Source: a virus
Taxonomy: Duplodnaviria > Caudoviricetes
DNA: 26,219 bases
Virus record (IMG/VR): IMGVR_UViG_3300002091_000104
Span: 1-26,219 of that record
Direction: 5' to 3' (one strand)
This document shows, one piece after another, positions 25,061-26,219 of the stretch. The notes under the pieces were generated by a model. That model was not told the DNA's origin, did not search any database, and saw only the letters and a list, made by a program, of their open reading frames with translations. Within the stretch, counting starts at the first letter, position 1. Every line of letters starts with the position of its first letter. A program made the translations under genes and the position numbers.

Positions 25061-25131
25061 TAGCCCGTAACGGTTACGCTCCGTCCTCTTATCCGTGAAA
25101 GGGATAGGTTCTACTACTAAACTAACGGGCC
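25061..25131 (-). tRNA. tRNA-Glu(TTC), T-loop AGCGTAA
   Basis: TATCC-CTTTCAC-GGATA; GGCCCGT/ACGGGCT-A. Confidence 0.82.
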
Positions 25132-25178
25132 GTTTTATATTACCAATATGTCAATTAACTTGTTTCAGTTTGATGGTA

Positions 25179-25209
25179 CAAAGATAATACTTTATTTCAT
25201 TCTACCAAA
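25179..25209 (-). promoter_or_regulatory. Bacteroidota-type promoter for the tRNA array
   Basis: TTTGGTAGA...TATCTTTG (25179-25186); sister promoters at 24875-24882 and 25402-25409. Confidence 0.65.
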
Positions 25210-25225
25210 CTTTTTAATCTTTTTT

Positions 25226-25384
25226 TTATTCTCTATCTTCTATGGAAAATCCTGCACTATCGTATTCAGGTCCTTGGTCTTCATTTTCCGGAGTGACATT
25301 TACCAATCCGTATGTTACACCTAATATTGGTGAGTAATCCATAACCAACTCTTCATACACATCGTATTCTGCTAACTTTTTCAT
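25226..25384 (-). CDS. Small acidic hypothetical protein (52 aa)
   Basis: Hand translation MKKLAEYDVYEELVMDYSP...YDSAGFSIEDRE, after promoter at 25402. Confidence 0.6.
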   Translation of the reverse strand: MKKLAEYDVYEELVMDYSPILGVTYGLVNVTPENEDQGPEYDSAGFSIEDRE

Positions 25385-25441
25385 ATCTTAATTTCTTTCG
25401 ACAAAGATAATCTTTTATTTCAATATACCAAACTTTAATAC

Positions 25442-25476
25442 AAAAAAAAATCCACCTTTTTTGAAGATGGATTTTT
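25442..25476 (-). terminator. Intrinsic terminator
   Basis: AAAAATCCATCTT...AAGGTGGATTTTTTTTT. Confidence 0.7.
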
Positions 25477-25502
25477 GAATATTTTTTTTATTTAAATATA
25501 TA

Positions 25503-25577
25503 TCATACCATCTGCTTCCAAGTTGTATCTCTACCCTCAGTTCCCGCTATCGTAAGTAATATGTTTAAAGTTTGCAT
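25503..25577 (-). CDS. Possible 24-aa leader peptide or small protein
   Basis: MQTLNILLTIAGTEGRDTTWKQMV between a TATTTAT motif and a terminator. Confidence 0.4.
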   Translation of the reverse strand: MQTLNILLTIAGTEGRDTTWKQMV

Positions 25578-25646
25578 TTGTTGTGTTATTGTAATTTCTA
25601 ATAAATATACACCTTTTTTAAAAAGTGTCAAGTATTTTTTAAAATT

Positions 25647-25949
25647 TTATAATTTTATTGTTGATAAATCATTTTCACCCAAGATTAAATAAATATTTTT
25701 CTTTGTATAAACCATTTTATCATCATATATGAATAATGTGTACGGACCACCTACATCTAAATTATCTAAACTAAATCTTCCGTGTTTATCTGTTGTTGTG
25801 GTGTATTCTGAATTAGTTGGTGTGAATAACAAAACTATTTTTGAGTTGATTAAATCATTTCCGTCTAATTTAACGGAACCTTCAAGAGTTGAGGATGTTA
25901 TTTGTGAGAACATCACAATTGGTAAGAATAATAAGAGTATAGATTTCAT
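25647..25949 (-). CDS. Secreted carboxypeptidase-regulatory-like domain protein
   Basis: Signal peptide MKSILLLFLPIVMFSQ; G.V...TTTD..GRF.L.NL.VGGPYTL, as in N-termini of Bacteroidota TonB-dependent receptors. Start moved from 25982. Confidence 0.75.
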   Translation of the reverse strand: MKSILLLFLPIVMFSQITSSTLEGSVKLDGNDLINSKIVLLFTPTNSEYTTTTDKHGRFSLDNLDVGGPYTLFIYDDKMVYTKKNIYLILGENDLSTIKL

Positions 25950-26114
25950 CACTTCATAAATATAATAAAAAAAGTTTAACAACCCCGCCCTTGGGTCGTA
26001 GCGGGCTAGACGGGCATCATATCCGTGTTTACCCTCGGCGGTCTCTTGGTTTGGTTGATTACTCCGAACCTCACCCCTACACTACTACTGACGTAAGTTA
26101 TAGGTCTGTTTTTT

Positions 26115-26189
26115 GGGATAATGATAGGATTCGAACCTATATCCTCCCGGCCTTACGCCGGTCGCACGTCCAATTGTGCTTCAAAATCC
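26115..26189 (-). tRNA. Atypical tRNA-like gene (loop CGTAAGG, mismatched acceptor)
   Basis: GCAC/GTGC D stem, CCGG-CGTAAGG-CCGG, ATAGG-TTCGAAT-CCTAT. Confidence 0.55.
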
Positions 26190-26219
26190 ATATTTCTTCA
26201 GGAGAGACCCCCAAGGGAT

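Noticed and set aside
1-26219. Genome-wide TAG reassignment (code 15)
   Set aside because: Long ORFs are intact under code 11 and TAG appears to terminate at least two genes (4750, 22849). In-frame TAGs were found only at N-terminal positions.

Overview
AT-rich segment that reads as part of a large (jumbo-type) bacteriophage genome. The host is probably a Bacteroidota: about 11 TAnnTTTG (-7) promoters, a Bacteroidetes-style lipoprotein and a carboxypeptidase-regulatory-like domain. Most genes are on the minus strand. The window holds: (i) translation-rescue and RNA-repair genes (SmpB, a Pth2-like hydrolase, an Rnl1-type RNA ligase, a split PNK-like P-loop kinase, a metallophosphoesterase, a cyclic-phosphate-processing receiver domain); (ii) two tRNA/ncRNA arrays with canonical tRNAs, an amber (CUA) suppressor tRNA, anticodon-less tRNA-like RNAs, a circularly permuted tRNA-like RNA, an ~850-nt GOLLD-like RNA and several stem-enclosed unknown RNAs; (iii) six free-standing homing-type endonucleases; (iv) a probable lysis cassette. 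The most striking signals are recoding events missed by the ORF track. Two adjacent genes begin ATG-NNN-TAG-ATT-AAC-AAA just upstream of the suppressor tRNA, a third gene has an in-frame leader with TAG-x-TAG-x-TAG, and the kinase Walker A motif is split in a way that fits a 5-nt ribosomal hop behind a strong hairpin. All calls were made by eye; no database searches or folding were run.
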